NCBI GenBank assembly: GCA_030295235.1
Contig: AP026125.1
Location: 1,488,001-1,552,000, forward strand
Direction of reading: 5' to 3'
DNA: 64,000 bases
Source: Fistulifera solaris
Taxonomy: Eukaryota
In this document: positions 37,355 through 48,188 of the stretch, one piece after another
Numbering within the stretch: position 1 is the first letter of the stretch
How the letters are laid out: each line of letters begins with the position of its first letter
Translations under genes and position numbers: made by a program
The notes under the pieces: generated by a model
Database searches by the model: none
What the model was told of the DNA's origin: nothing
What the model saw: the letters and a program-made list of their open reading frames with translations, nothing else

Positions 37355-39913
37355 CTAGCCTGTCTTTTTTACTATCACGAAAAAGTTTCCGCTTTCAAAT
37401 CCACTTTCGATCATTACTACGTTTGGTATAGACAACGCAATACTGTCTAGTTCTCCTTGACGGTAAAGGTGGCAGTATCGTTTGAAAACAACCAAGCCTT
37501 TTTCTTCATCGTAGTCAGCGTTTAACGATTTTGAGTAGACTTTCGCCGTTGTCGAGATACTTTCCTTCGGTATGCTTTCGTCCTGACTTGTATCTCTTCC
37601 TTTTCCACCATTAATTGTATCGCCTTGCAACTTCAAATGTCTCGGTTGTGCGTTGAAAGGCACGTATACATCATTAGATGCAAACCTCCGTCTGCTACCT
37701 TCCACCTGAGTCATCGCCCAAGCCTGAATGTTGATTAAGCTGCCAGGTTTGACAATTCGTACCAGCTCTTCAATGCATCGGCGGCGTCTGGATTCGTTGG
37801 AGAGATGATGCATCACAGCAATGCAAATCGCGGCATCACATGACCCTGTTCGCAACGGGACGCTCATGCAGTCTGCGACCGCGATGGCGGGCCGATTTCT
37901 CAAATGGCGACGGGGTTCACTAACCCTTCTACTCTCTGGTACACCTTCGTCGCACAAACTGGCAGCACTAGTCGCAGTCTCGAGAAGAGGTAGACTAATA
38001 TCCGTACCAATCACATACGAACCCGCTTCCCAAATAGCTGGAAAATATTTACCATCACCACAACCAACATCCGCAACAACAGACCCCGGCGGAAGCTTCT
38101 GCAAAATTGAGTTGCACCGGGCCACAGCACGCCTCTTTTTCCTCGCGTGTGATGCCATTGTGTTGCAATTGCATCATAGACGGCGTGAACGTGGTTTCGT
38201 TCGCAATCTGGGGTAGCTAATGGCGACAACAGATTTGGATTACCCCAACAAGGTGGAAATGAATGCGATTCGACACAAGCCATAGGCGAACCATTCTTAT
38301 CCAATGCTGTCCGGAGTGTCAAGCTAACTCGTGTCCTCGGCGTACGACTTCGCCGTCAATAGTGTCCGTCATACGACTGACTATCATGTGCTCCCAAGAG
38401 TACCGGGCTTCTTTTGACATCAAAAGCAAGGAACGCGGGGGAAGAAACACTTGTTTGCGGAGACCTTTCGTTTCTTCCTGAACGCAGTTAAACTCCATGA
38501 CAATACCGCTACCGAGAGATATGCTGATCAATCCGTCACCGAAAGCGGATGGTGTATCGACGTGTGACCCAATTCCTTCTCCCGGTGCGTACCGATTCAC
38601 GGTGAGTTGATTGATGGTTTTATAAGAATGTTCACCATCGTCCTCGTCGCTGAATGTCGTTCGCCGAACTCTTTCAATAACTCCAGCTACAACTTCCCAA
38701 CCACATCCTTCACGAACACTTTCCCCAAGGTATTCCTCTAATGTTTTGTCCCCACGGTCTACCGCAGGCATGGGCGGACAATCGGCTCCCGAATTGCTTC
38801 GATCCCTGAGGACATCCGCTGTGCGGTAGTCAAAGACATATCCGCAATGCTGAACCGATCTTTTACAGTGCCACCCTCCGTGGGAGTATTTTGTGCGGGA
38901 GCCCAAGGGGCGTGCGGTCCATCTAAGACAGCCAACAAAACCGCTTCCTCCTCGGGTGAAACAAAATCCGGAATAAGAACCAATCCTGGTATTTGCACAT
39001 CAGCAGTCAACGAAGTACATTCGCTACGTGATGGCTCTCCCGGTCCATCACCCCGCACTAGACGCCGTCGTGATCTTTGTGTAATGGACGCATAGTCGAG
39101 AAAAAGCATTCCACTAGTGATCGAATGTTCGGTCCCTGTAGCACCGGCCCATTTCCATTCCACTTGTTTACCTTGATATGTCGCAACAGCCTGTTGAGCT
39201 TCCTCCGCCGAACGAAACCCCAAATGACAGTACTTGGATAAACTTTTGTGATTTACAAAGACTTCCACGTCGACCGCGAAAGCAGAACGTATCGCTTGGG
39301 CTACCCAAAACGGTTCGTCCCAGTCCGCGTCGTGTTCGTTTTGTAACAAATTGGATACAAAGACAAAGCGTGTCGTCGCTCGCTCCTCTTGCAACAATGT
39401 CTCGCTTTCTCCCGGCCGCATTAATAGGCGTCGAAATTTGGGTGGGCTAGATCGCGTCCACGCTATTGTGTCGGATAATTGTGGTTGTTGTGTCAAAAGG
39501 GTTGCCTGAATGGGTCTTGAGCCAAAGTGTTCATCCAAATCGATACACTGAAAAAGACTCTGAATGGTCGTTTTTCGTTGCCGTATTACCACCAGTACGT
39601 GCAATGCTTGTAAGGGCGTTTCATAAATCAGACGTATCTTCGTAAAGGGTGCGACCGTGTCGAGCACTTCCACTTGAGTGGCGGCCATCGGAAATCCCAA
39701 AGACGCGAAATTGTGTTGAAAGACGCGTGACAAGGCCGTCTGCAGAGTTTCAACGGTCCAATAAGACTCCTGTTTTTCTTCTTGCTGTTCTCTTCCATCT
39801 CTTCTTTGTTGTTTCGGACAAAATGCACCTTGTATATGCAAGTAACCGTGCTGATCATCGCTGGGGATCGGTTCGTGCGCTAAAATCGATCGGAATGTTG
39901 CTGTTTGTGTCAT
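37355..39913 (-). CDS. ALKBH8: ALKBH8-type tRNA wobble modification enzyme (RRM + AlkB + Trm9 methyltransferase)
   Basis: IPGLVLIPDFVSPEEE, NQLTVNRYAPGEGIGSHVD, ERNHVHAVYDAIATQWHHTR, DVGCGDGKY, CIAVMHHL, RYCHLY. Frameshifts ~38860, ~38325 and ~38105. Confidence 0.88.
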
Positions 39914-40087
39914 GCTCAAAAGAGCTGTGCGGAACTTAGTTCCCTGTAAACAAATAACTTGATTGAATAAAAGGCTTTCGATAAGCAATATACAGTAAAT
40001 ACTTGTTACAATGTTGTTCTGTGTTGTCAGCTTTTGCGTTGCAAAATGCGAAATGTTGCAAATGAACGGCGATGCGCGGCGGTCCTT

Positions 40088-40370
40088 GATTCATGACTGA
40101 AACGCAGTCGTGGCAAATGTCCCTTACACTTTGGGATTATAGTAATTATTGAGAACAACGGTTTTGCGTGCTTCTTCGACGTCAAAACTGAATTTTTGCG
40201 TTCCAAATGCTGCTGAAGGTAATTGCAGTACCTGCCACATCATCCTAGCTTACCAAGTAGCAGAAAGACCGAGGGTTAGGTAGAAGCCTGTCTCGGAATA
40301 CAAAATCGATTCATGACTGAGATGCAGTCACGTTATATTTCGGTAAACCAACATTTTGATTCTATACTAT
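40088..40370. repeat. Degenerate ~220-bp tandem unit with GACTG(n5)CAGTC palindrome (related to 55162-55436)
   Basis: gattcatgactga(a/g)a(c/t)gcagtc at 40088 and 40308. Confidence 0.7.
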
Positions 40371-40467
40371 ATTTTTAGCGGAGACCGCTATAATTTGTTA
40401 TACAAGGTTGTTTTGTTTCTCTCCTTGCGTCGCAATAATAATGAACAGGGAATAACGCACCACAGAC

Positions 40468-40846
40468 GTTCCAAGATTTCTGGACCAAACACACAGGATT
40501 TCTGTATGATTGCATACAACGTTGGTCCAGAATTTCTGGACCAAACACACAGGATTTCTGTACGATTGCATACAACGATGGTCCAGAATTTCTGGACCAG
40601 ACACACAGGATTTCTGTATGATCGTACAACGATGGTCCAGAAATTCAGGACCAAATCACACAGGATTTCTGTATGATTGCATACAACGATGGTCCAGAAA
40701 TTCTGGACCAAGCACACAGGATTTCTGTATGATTGCATACAACGATGGTCCAGAAATTCTGGACCAATCACACAGGATTTCTGTATGATTGCATACAACG
40801 ATGATCCTGAATTTCTGGACCAATCACACAGGATTTCTGTATGATC
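40468..40846. repeat. Palindrome-core minisatellite array 3 (7 near-identical 54-57-bp units)
   Basis: Consensus GGTCCAGAAATTCTGGACCAAACACACAGGATTTCTGTATGATTGCATACAACGAT. Cores at 40468, 40524, 40580, 40634, 40691, 40747 and 40803. Confidence 0.95.
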
Positions 40847-40965
40847 GAACTGATGATTTTACAGTATTGCAAGTGAAAAAATGACGAAGAACAGCAATGA
40901 TGAAACCATTGTGGTAAACTCACATAATTTTGATTATTATTCAAGGTAGACCCTGTAAACCACAA

Positions 40966-42672
40966 ATGTATCGCCTGCGAATGCAAAACGCATGTATATT
41001 CGCTCAAAAGCAACAAAAATTGCAGCGAAGCAAACGACATTTCGCCGTTCGGTGTTTCACGACAACAGGAATTGACGCCTCGAGAGATCCTCTGTCGTCA
41101 TCATTTCAACAACTTGCCAATCTACACAAACCGCTACAAGAGCGTCTACTGCAATTGGGATGGAATATACCTACTGAAATTCAAGCCAAGACATGGCAAG
41201 CCGCTACCGACGGTCGAGATGTGTTGGGGCGTTCGAGAACGGGGAGTGGCAAAACGATGGCCTTTCTCTTGCCAACGCTACAACGATCCATCAATAACAA
41301 TGCAGGTATCAAACTGATTCTTTTACCGACACGAGATCTGGCGCAACAGATTGATGAACAAATCAAAATTTTGTATCCGCTGGATGAAACGATCCATAGC
41401 AATGATCATATCGTAATCGTGGGTGGTGTCGACAAACGTCGAGAATTGAGACGATGGCAAGAGACTGCACCTCAGTTCATTACAGCGACTCCGGGGCGAC
41501 TTCGCGATCATTTAGAGGGTGCCGACAACGCGTTTGTTTGTGATTATTTGCAAAATGTGGACGTACTAGTGTTAGATGAAGTCGATCAGCTTTTGGAAAT
41601 GGGATTCAAAGATGACATTGATGCTATTATCCAGCATTTGCCCCAACAACGACAGAATTTATTGTTTTCGGCGACTATTTCACCCAAAATTCAGCGAGAA
41701 CTGGTAACGCGAGGCTGGATTCATTCGAATCACTTATTTGTCGATTGTATTTCCGATGCGGCGGCGACTGAAGTACAAGATGATCCGTTCGATATGGAAC
41801 ACGATGCCGACAATAAGTTGACGACCGCCACTGCTCCCACTCTAGCGCACACACATGTATCGCAATCGCATGTCGTCCTTCCACCGCATCGTTTGGTGAC
41901 AGGGATTGCTCAAATTGTTCTCACATTACTCCAACAAGAAGACAAAAATGCCAAGATATTAGTCTTCTTTCCAACAACAAGTATGGCAATTTACTTCACT
42001 CGACTGTTTCAATGGGCACTCGGTCGACACGTATGGTCCATGCACGGACAAAAAAGTCAAATGGCGCGAAATGTGACACGGCAGGCATTTGCGGCGGCCT
42101 CGCGCGGTGTTTTGTTTACGACCGATGTGTCGGCGCGTGGTATGGATTATCCCTCGATTACCAACGTTGTACAAATCGGAGTGCCGGCTAGTCGCGATAC
42201 CTATATACATCGGCTGGGTCGCACAGGACGGGGAATGGATAGTTTGAGTGGAAAAGGATTGTTGGTGCTCTTGATGGAACAAGAAGAGAAAATAATGAAC
42301 CGGGAGTTACAAGACATGGACATTCCTTTTGATGAGAGTCTTTCGAGGTTATTAGAACGCCCGGTCTGGCCGGATTTAGAATTGGAATTGACCCAGTTCG
42401 CGCATGACATGAAACAAGGCGAACTTCCCGAAATGGTTAAGGAAGCGGAAAGTGTTTACAAGAGCTTGCTATCGATCTATCAGTTACAGTTAAAAGAAGA
42501 CACAGTAGTGGAGACTATGAATAGTTTGGCGGCCCAAATGGGTCTTTCGGGACCGCCAGTGCTGGAAGAAAACCAGGCCGCTTATTTAGGTTTGTCGAAG
42601 CACCCATTGTTAAATATTCACCGGCCATGGAAAATGGGACAGCGCTTTGATGTAGGAGGACGGAGAACATGA
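40966..42672 (+). CDS. DEAD-box RNA helicase (Mss116/RH26-like, probably organellar)
   Basis: PTEIQ, RTGSGKT, PTRDLA, TPGRL, DEVD, SAT, TDVSARGMD, YIHRLGRTGR. Confidence 0.92.
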   Translation: MYRLRMQNACIFAQKQQKLQRSKRHFAVRCFTTTGIDASRDPLSSSFQQLANLHKPLQERLLQLGWNIPTEIQAKTWQAATDGRDVLGRSRTGSGKTMAFLLPTLQRSINNNAGIKLILLPTRDLAQQIDEQIKILYPLDETIHSNDHIVIVGGVDKRRELRRWQETAPQFITATPGRLRDHLEGADNAFVCDYLQNVDVLVLDEVDQLLEMGFKDDIDAIIQHLPQQRQNLLFSATISPKIQRELVTRGWIHSNHLFVDCISDAAATEVQDDPFDMEHDADNKLTTATAPTLAHTHVSQSHVVLPPHRLVTGIAQIVLTLLQQEDKNAKILVFFPTTSMAIYFTRLFQWALGRHVWSMHGQKSQMARNVTRQAFAAASRGVLFTTDVSARGMDYPSITNVVQIGVPASRDTYIHRLGRTGRGMDSLSGKGLLVLLMEQEEKIMNRELQDMDIPFDESLSRLLERPVWPDLELELTQFAHDMKQGELPEMVKEAESVYKSLLSIYQLQLKEDTVVETMNSLAAQMGLSGPPVLEENQAAYLGLSKHPLLNIHRPWKMGQRFDVGGRRT

Positions 42673-42735
42673 TAATATTCACTCGGTGTTTTAAGGTGGG
42701 TCTCATGTGGACATTTGCCGGTAACTCATTTGTAC

Positions 42736-43935
42736 TTAAGAAATTTGCCGCCCTTCGTCATGATCTCCTTCATCGTCATCAGCTGTCTTCATTCTTTTGG
42801 CAGTAGGAGACGATGGCTCAGTTTCACACTCTCGATCTGCACTCTTAGAATCATCTCTCAGTTTCTTCTCTACCAGGATAGATTGTGGGTCGTCGAACCG
42901 TAGTTGTAGACTACCGCCTTCTTCTCTTTTCTCTTGAATCGCTGGTAAGGGAATATCCATATGAATAAATTCTTCATAATCATCTGAACCGCCACCCATG
43001 GACCAGGTCAAACGAGTCACATTTGCTTTCGCAACTTTATTGTCCGTGATGATACTGACAGGGTCGGGAGATGATCCAAAAGTCAACCCAATCTTGTTCG
43101 TGTCTTGATATCCACTCATCTTTTCTGGCATCGGGAATCGATCCACATAAAATGGCTTGTAATGCAGCCATACATTGACAAGAAATGTGACACGACGATG
43201 TCGTCGCACGGATGCTTTGCTATCTGGATTAGAATGTTGCAACTGCTGTTCCCAAAGACCCGGCGGCATCAATTCCATCGGTGCTGCATGCAAGTAACGG
43301 CCATCGAAACTAAAATGCTTGCCACGACGCGGCCAACTGATCCACGATGTCGGTGTATTGTTGGGTAGAATCCATTCTCCCGATAAACTGTGGATACGAG
43401 TGTCAGTGACAAGAGTCGGTGCTCCCAAATCGGTCAAATACGTGACCGTCGACAAATGCGGATGGATATAGGTGTTTCCACCGCACAGTATCCGAAGATC
43501 TTCATCTTTATCCCAGTGAAACGTGATTCCTGTTTCCTCTGTCATTCCCTGCATCGCATATCGCCCCGTATGTTCTGGAGAAGGACGTATTTGAACCCAC
43601 CATTCCGCACCCGCCACGGTGGAGGAATCATCGAGGGCCGTGCCTTTGACGTGATGATGAAAGACATCCAGCGCCATTTGCTCCAGAGCAAACTGAGGCT
43701 TATCATGAACACCGATCCAAAACGTTCGAGGCATGAGTCCGCTGTCGGCAATTTCACAATCGAGTAGCATGTCATCCAGTGCCGCCTCGGGAAAGTTTGC
43801 CGAGGAGGAGCGCGGTTCATAGGAATGAATGTGAATGTCTTGTGCCGTGAATGATGAATTCGTGGTAGTTCGACCTTCTTCGTCCAAGCGAAAGTTAATT
43901 TCAATTTCTTCGGGGCTTTGATGTTCTTCTGCCAT
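42736..43935 (-). CDS. 2-oxoglutarate/Fe(II) oxygenase-like protein
   Basis: GAEWWVQ, HWDKDE (HxD), STVTYL, FDGRYLH and RVTFLVNVW fit the HxD..H..R pattern. Confidence 0.7.
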   Translation of the reverse strand: MAEEHQSPEEIEINFRLDEEGRTTTNSSFTAQDIHIHSYEPRSSSANFPEAALDDMLLDCEIADSGLMPRTFWIGVHDKPQFALEQMALDVFHHHVKGTALDDSSTVAGAEWWVQIRPSPEHTGRYAMQGMTEETGITFHWDKDEDLRILCGGNTYIHPHLSTVTYLTDLGAPTLVTDTRIHSLSGEWILPNNTPTSWISWPRRGKHFSFDGRYLHAAPMELMPPGLWEQQLQHSNPDSKASVRRHRRVTFLVNVWLHYKPFYVDRFPMPEKMSGYQDTNKIGLTFGSSPDPVSIITDNKVAKANVTRLTWSMGGGSDDYEEFIHMDIPLPAIQEKREEGGSLQLRFDDPQSILVEKKLRDDSKSADRECETEPSSPTAKRMKTADDDEGDHDEGRQIS

Positions 43936-44207
43936 TTTGATAATATGTTTGTGAATGTCCAGTATCTCCTTTTCGATGAAAGGAAAGAAAAGAAAAACGA
44001 GTGGGTGTCATATCGCGTAGGCTCACTTAGAGCGGGACTGAAAATGGGTTTAGTCGTCAAAAAGTCGTCTTCTTTCTACTTCACAGTAAATTTTGCAGAA
44101 CTGTTACAAACATCGTATCGCGACTCAAAGTCTAAGTACAAAAAAGATCCAGATTTTCACATAACTCATAACCCTACTGGAGTGCGGAAGCGCGCGACGA
44201 CGATGAC

Positions 44208-44601
44208 TGTCAGATTGAGGGTCTGGACGTCAATCAGAGTGGGTTATATATCATGGATCGGGGTAGAAATACGACGTGATTGGGTTGGCTCTGTGGTTCG
44301 ATTCCACAGTACGTTAGTATTTTCAACATGGTAACGTGCAGGGTTCGAACCCTGGCGGAGTGAGTTTGTTGCCGACTCCTGTGAAGCCGGGAGGATAAAA
44401 GAATAGGGCTTGAAGCGGTCTCAAGTGAGGAGGCTGAAGGGCAAAACAGTACGATCATGATAGTATAAGGCCAGGGAGGATGTCAGATTGAGGGTCTGGA
44501 CGTCAATCAGAGTGGCTTATATATCATGGATCGGGGTAGAAATACGACGTGATTGGGTTGGCTCTGTGGTTCGATTCCACAGTACGTTAGTATTTTCAAC
44601 A
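44208..44601 (+). mobile_element. Intact non-autonomous miniature LTR retrotransposon (TRIM), 394 bp
   Basis: LTRs 44208-44328 and 44481-44601 (121 bp, TGTC..AACA, one mismatch). PBS TGGTAACGTGC at 44329; purine-rich PPT ATAAGGCCAGGGAGGA abutting the 3' LTR; TSD GATGAC at 44202-44207 and 44602-44607. Confidence 0.93.
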
Positions 44602-44698
44602 GATGACCTCGTCTTTTTTTTCTTCGTCAATATAGCTGTCGCATTTTGCATTCAATTGTCAATGTAACTGGCGCTCTATTCAATTGTAAGACGCAACA

Positions 44699-45652
44699 AT
44701 GCCATCCAATAAACGACGTAGAGCAACAGAAGGAGCCATGGTATTTCCCGTGGCCATGTTCGTCATCGGCGTAATGATTGTATTTTCGGAAGAGCCCATT
44801 ACGATGGAACGAAGTATACAAGAAGCGCAAAAACAAGTTTTAGTGCAACAAACGACTGTACAAGCACAGGGACCAATCGATCCGGTTGATTGTGAAGCAA
44901 TCACACCGAGAGAACCCGTGAATATATCGAATATGCAAAGTTACAAAGAAATACCATATCAAGTATCCTTTTCGTGGTGGGATCGTCGACTCAAACATCC
45001 ACAATTCGGAACGGCCGAAATGGAATACAATGACTCGGTACAAACCGTACAACGACTACTGCGTGATACGGAAGGTGCTTTTATTGATGTCGGTGCCAAT
45101 GCAGGTTTTATGACACAATACGGTCTCGCACTCAAGCGACCTACCTACGCGATCGAACCCATTTCCTACAATGTTGCAAAATTATGTGAAGGCTATCGAG
45201 CAAATGTTGCCAAGAAGTACGCGCTCGCAGCGACTCCATTCTTTCTTTATCACGCGGCGGCTGGGAGTGAGTACGTACCGGAAATCGCCATTACCCGACC
45301 TGCCGATGAGGTGGGATACTTTGATCAATCGTCCTTGTCCAGAGCGGCCGTTTTGCAACAAAAAGTGACCGAAGAACGAATACCACTCATCACAATTGAT
45401 TCCATCATTCCACTTTCACTACCCGTTGCAGTTCTCAAAATTGATGTGCAAGGCTACGAGTATGCTGTTCTACAAGGAGCCAAGCAACTGCTGCAACGAG
45501 AAGAACGGTATCCCGAATATGTCTTCTTTGAAGAAAGTCCGACGCACATTCAAAAAGCAGGCTTTCGCGTGGGGGCTTCACAGGAGTTTCTCGAAGAAAT
45601 GGGATACAATTGCATGAAAGATGGTGGGGATATTCTGTGTCAGAAGCTGTAA
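44699..45652 (+). CDS. FkbM-family SAM methyltransferase, membrane-anchored
   Basis: N-terminal TM; FIDVGANAG, YAIEP, LKIDVQGYEYAVLQGA. Confidence 0.88.
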   Translation: MPSNKRRRATEGAMVFPVAMFVIGVMIVFSEEPITMERSIQEAQKQVLVQQTTVQAQGPIDPVDCEAITPREPVNISNMQSYKEIPYQVSFSWWDRRLKHPQFGTAEMEYNDSVQTVQRLLRDTEGAFIDVGANAGFMTQYGLALKRPTYAIEPISYNVAKLCEGYRANVAKKYALAATPFFLYHAAAGSEYVPEIAITRPADEVGYFDQSSLSRAAVLQQKVTEERIPLITIDSIIPLSLPVAVLKIDVQGYEYAVLQGAKQLLQREERYPEYVFFEESPTHIQKAGFRVGASQEFLEEMGYNCMKDGGDILCQKL

Positions 45653-45833
45653 CTAGAATCTGCTATGTATTGTCGTCTTTGGGTCCTTTTTGCTACGAAG
45701 GGTTTGCTGCAATTTTTGAATCAACAAGAAAATAGATTTCAATTTTCTCGAGTCTCATGCAATACTCATATCTATTTTTCTCAAAAAATTAATTTGTACT
45801 ATAAACATGACACAGCAGGAAGTGATTTGTTCT

Positions 45834-47135
45834 TTAGATCAGTAACCAAGCAGCCAGATAGGCGCACGCGATGCGTCCCAAGGAAGGTAACATCGCACCA
45901 GAACTGGAGAGGGATGTCGGATTGTTGCCGGCTGTGGGCGTTGCTGCTGGTGAATCATCTGTTACAGTTCCATCATTGTCGCTGAATTGTTCCGTGTACG
46001 TGAGGATCTCGTCTGTCGCGACGAAGCAGTTGCAGGTTTCGTTAAAATCCTTTTGCCCTCCAAACACGTAAACGCTCTGAATATCGTTGTAGCCAACCGC
46101 ACTAAAGCGGAAGCGGTGACTGGGTAGATCCTCCATAAGCGTAACCCATTCATTTTCGTCTGCATGAAAGATTTCCAAGTCGTCAATTGCCAAAGTCTTT
46201 TCGCCAGGTTCCGGCGAATCCATCTCACAAATGCCAAGAACCGGACGTTCGCCGCCCATCGCAAAAATATGATCACCTAGTGCGACAAGAGCTTTATCAC
46301 CGCGACCTTGATTGAGGTCAGCAACCTGAGTCCAGGTGTCAGCAGCAAAGTCGTACTGTTCAACGCTCACCAACGGTGCACAAAACTCATCAGCAGCACC
46401 AAAGCCTCCCGTAACAATGGCTCCTGTGACAGGTGTACCGGGCAATGTGACGGCGGTGTGATCACCTCGAGGGAAAAGAAGTGGTGTTTTGTCAACAATT
46501 GTAATGGATCCGGCGCCATCTTCGGCAATTGTGAAAACATTTCCCTTGAATCCGTACGTCGCATCGTATCCCCCAGCGACATATGCTACTTCACCGTTCG
46601 TAAAGGCAACATTGTCGGAAGTCTGGTAGGCCTCAGGAAGATCGTAAGTCGCCCATGTGTTTGACGCAATATCATAGACCTAAAATAGAGTGAGATAAGA
46701 ATCACGGCAAGTTAACATCTTTTGCTTCACAAAACTTACATCAACAGTAGGCAAGAGGCCGTCCACTTCAACGTCTCTACCGCCCACCAGCCATATCTTT
46801 CCGTTCACCAAAGCAGCTCCGTGGCGGTAGCGAGCCACGGGTAGAGGAGCAAGCGTTTCGAAAGAGTTGGTGTTACGATCAAACGAGTAAAACTCCGATG
46901 AACTGGAAGAACAAACGAAGGTTGCAATCTCCTCAACGTAAACGTTGCCTTGTTCTGCATCGCAGCCTCCGGCAATGTACACGAGCTGCGAGGATTCATC
47001 GAATGAAATGGAGAAATCACTCAATGGTTTCGGCAAGCGAGCGCTCTCCAGCTTGGCGAATGTGAAGCCGACGACTTCTTCTTCGTGTGCGCACACAACT
47101 CCGAGCGATAGCAGCGAGAATAAGAGGGATCGCAT
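45834..47135 (-). CDS. Secreted / GPI-anchor-like Kelch-repeat protein
   Basis: Signal MRSLLFSLLSLGVVCA; repeats YIAGG, WLVGG, FAMGG, YVFGG; Ser/Thr linker and hydrophobic C-terminus. Intron ~46680-46739; frameshift ~46440. Confidence 0.85.
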
Positions 47136-48188
47136 GGTAACGTTTGCTTGTTGCAACGCAAAAATTTCTAGCTATTTTTGGGGCAAAAAAGAGGATTGGT
47201 TGCTGGATGAATGCAATCGAGAAGATGAGTGCGGTACGTGGCTAATTGAAGTCGGTAGGCGGTCAGACGCCCATATTAAGATTTCATACACTGTGGGCCA
47301 TACAGAATTGAAGTGCCATCTGTCTTTTTACCAGTTTTTTACAGCTTTCCATTTTCTATGGCCGTGTTGTGTGTTATTGTGTACAGTATTGTGTCTTTTT
47401 GTCTTTTGTGGCTTTCGGAGTTCGGTGTTTCACACTTCAACTCTTCGTTATTTCGATAAGGTTGTTAATGATGTAGTCTCTAGGCTCTAGGCTCTAGTCT
47501 AGCGTCTAGCGTCTAGCTAGGTTACCAGGTATTGGTAAAGCACAAGGCATAAGAGCTGTAAAAACGTCGGATTTTAGGTTAAAGGTTTTAATAAATGTCT
47601 ATTAAAAGCGCAAAGTGCGAAGTGTGTCTCGTTTTATGTTGACCATGACGACGGCACCAAGGACCATAAGGTGGACCTTGGATCTTAAATGCTTGGATCA
47701 CACGTGGCAATTGGCAATTGAGGCACGAGGCTCGAGCGGACGAGGACGAGGCACGACGATCGAAGGTCGAAGATTTAAGGTTGCAACTAGAGAGACTAGA
47801 GACAATGTTTTATGTTTTATGATTTAGGATACAGTAGACTAGACTAGAGTAGGATTCCTTGTCTAAAGTATTGTCTATTGTCTTGATGATTACTGGAACT
47901 ATTGCGATGTAACCCGTATGAATATGAAGTATGAACTATAGTACGGTACACAAATTGCTCTTGTCCCTCCTTATTTACTCTTCTAAGAGTCAACTCTCGA
48001 AATCAAAGGATGAGTTTGTTTGCTGCGAACTCACAATTGATGCTAGAGTAGTGGGTAGTGGTGCTAGGGCGACGTAAGGAAGATGGTTATGCTGGAACTG
48101 ATGCCCCTTCGAATAGAAATATTGCATATTTTATGACTGAAGTCCCGCGGCTAGTTCGTATGCATACTATAATTAAATCGTTCTCTGT

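Noticed and set aside
40356..40798. ORFs over the palindromic arrays (also 24609-25088, 34432-34827, 56663-57225, 59153-59679)
   Set aside because: Open in several frames and strands only because the unit is poor in stop codons; units of 52 and 56 bp are not multiples of 3.
44226..44316. Bona fide tRNA gene inside the TRIM LTR
   Set aside because: The T-arm and 3' acceptor strand fit, but I could not fold convincing D- and anticodon arms. It is reported only as tRNA-like.
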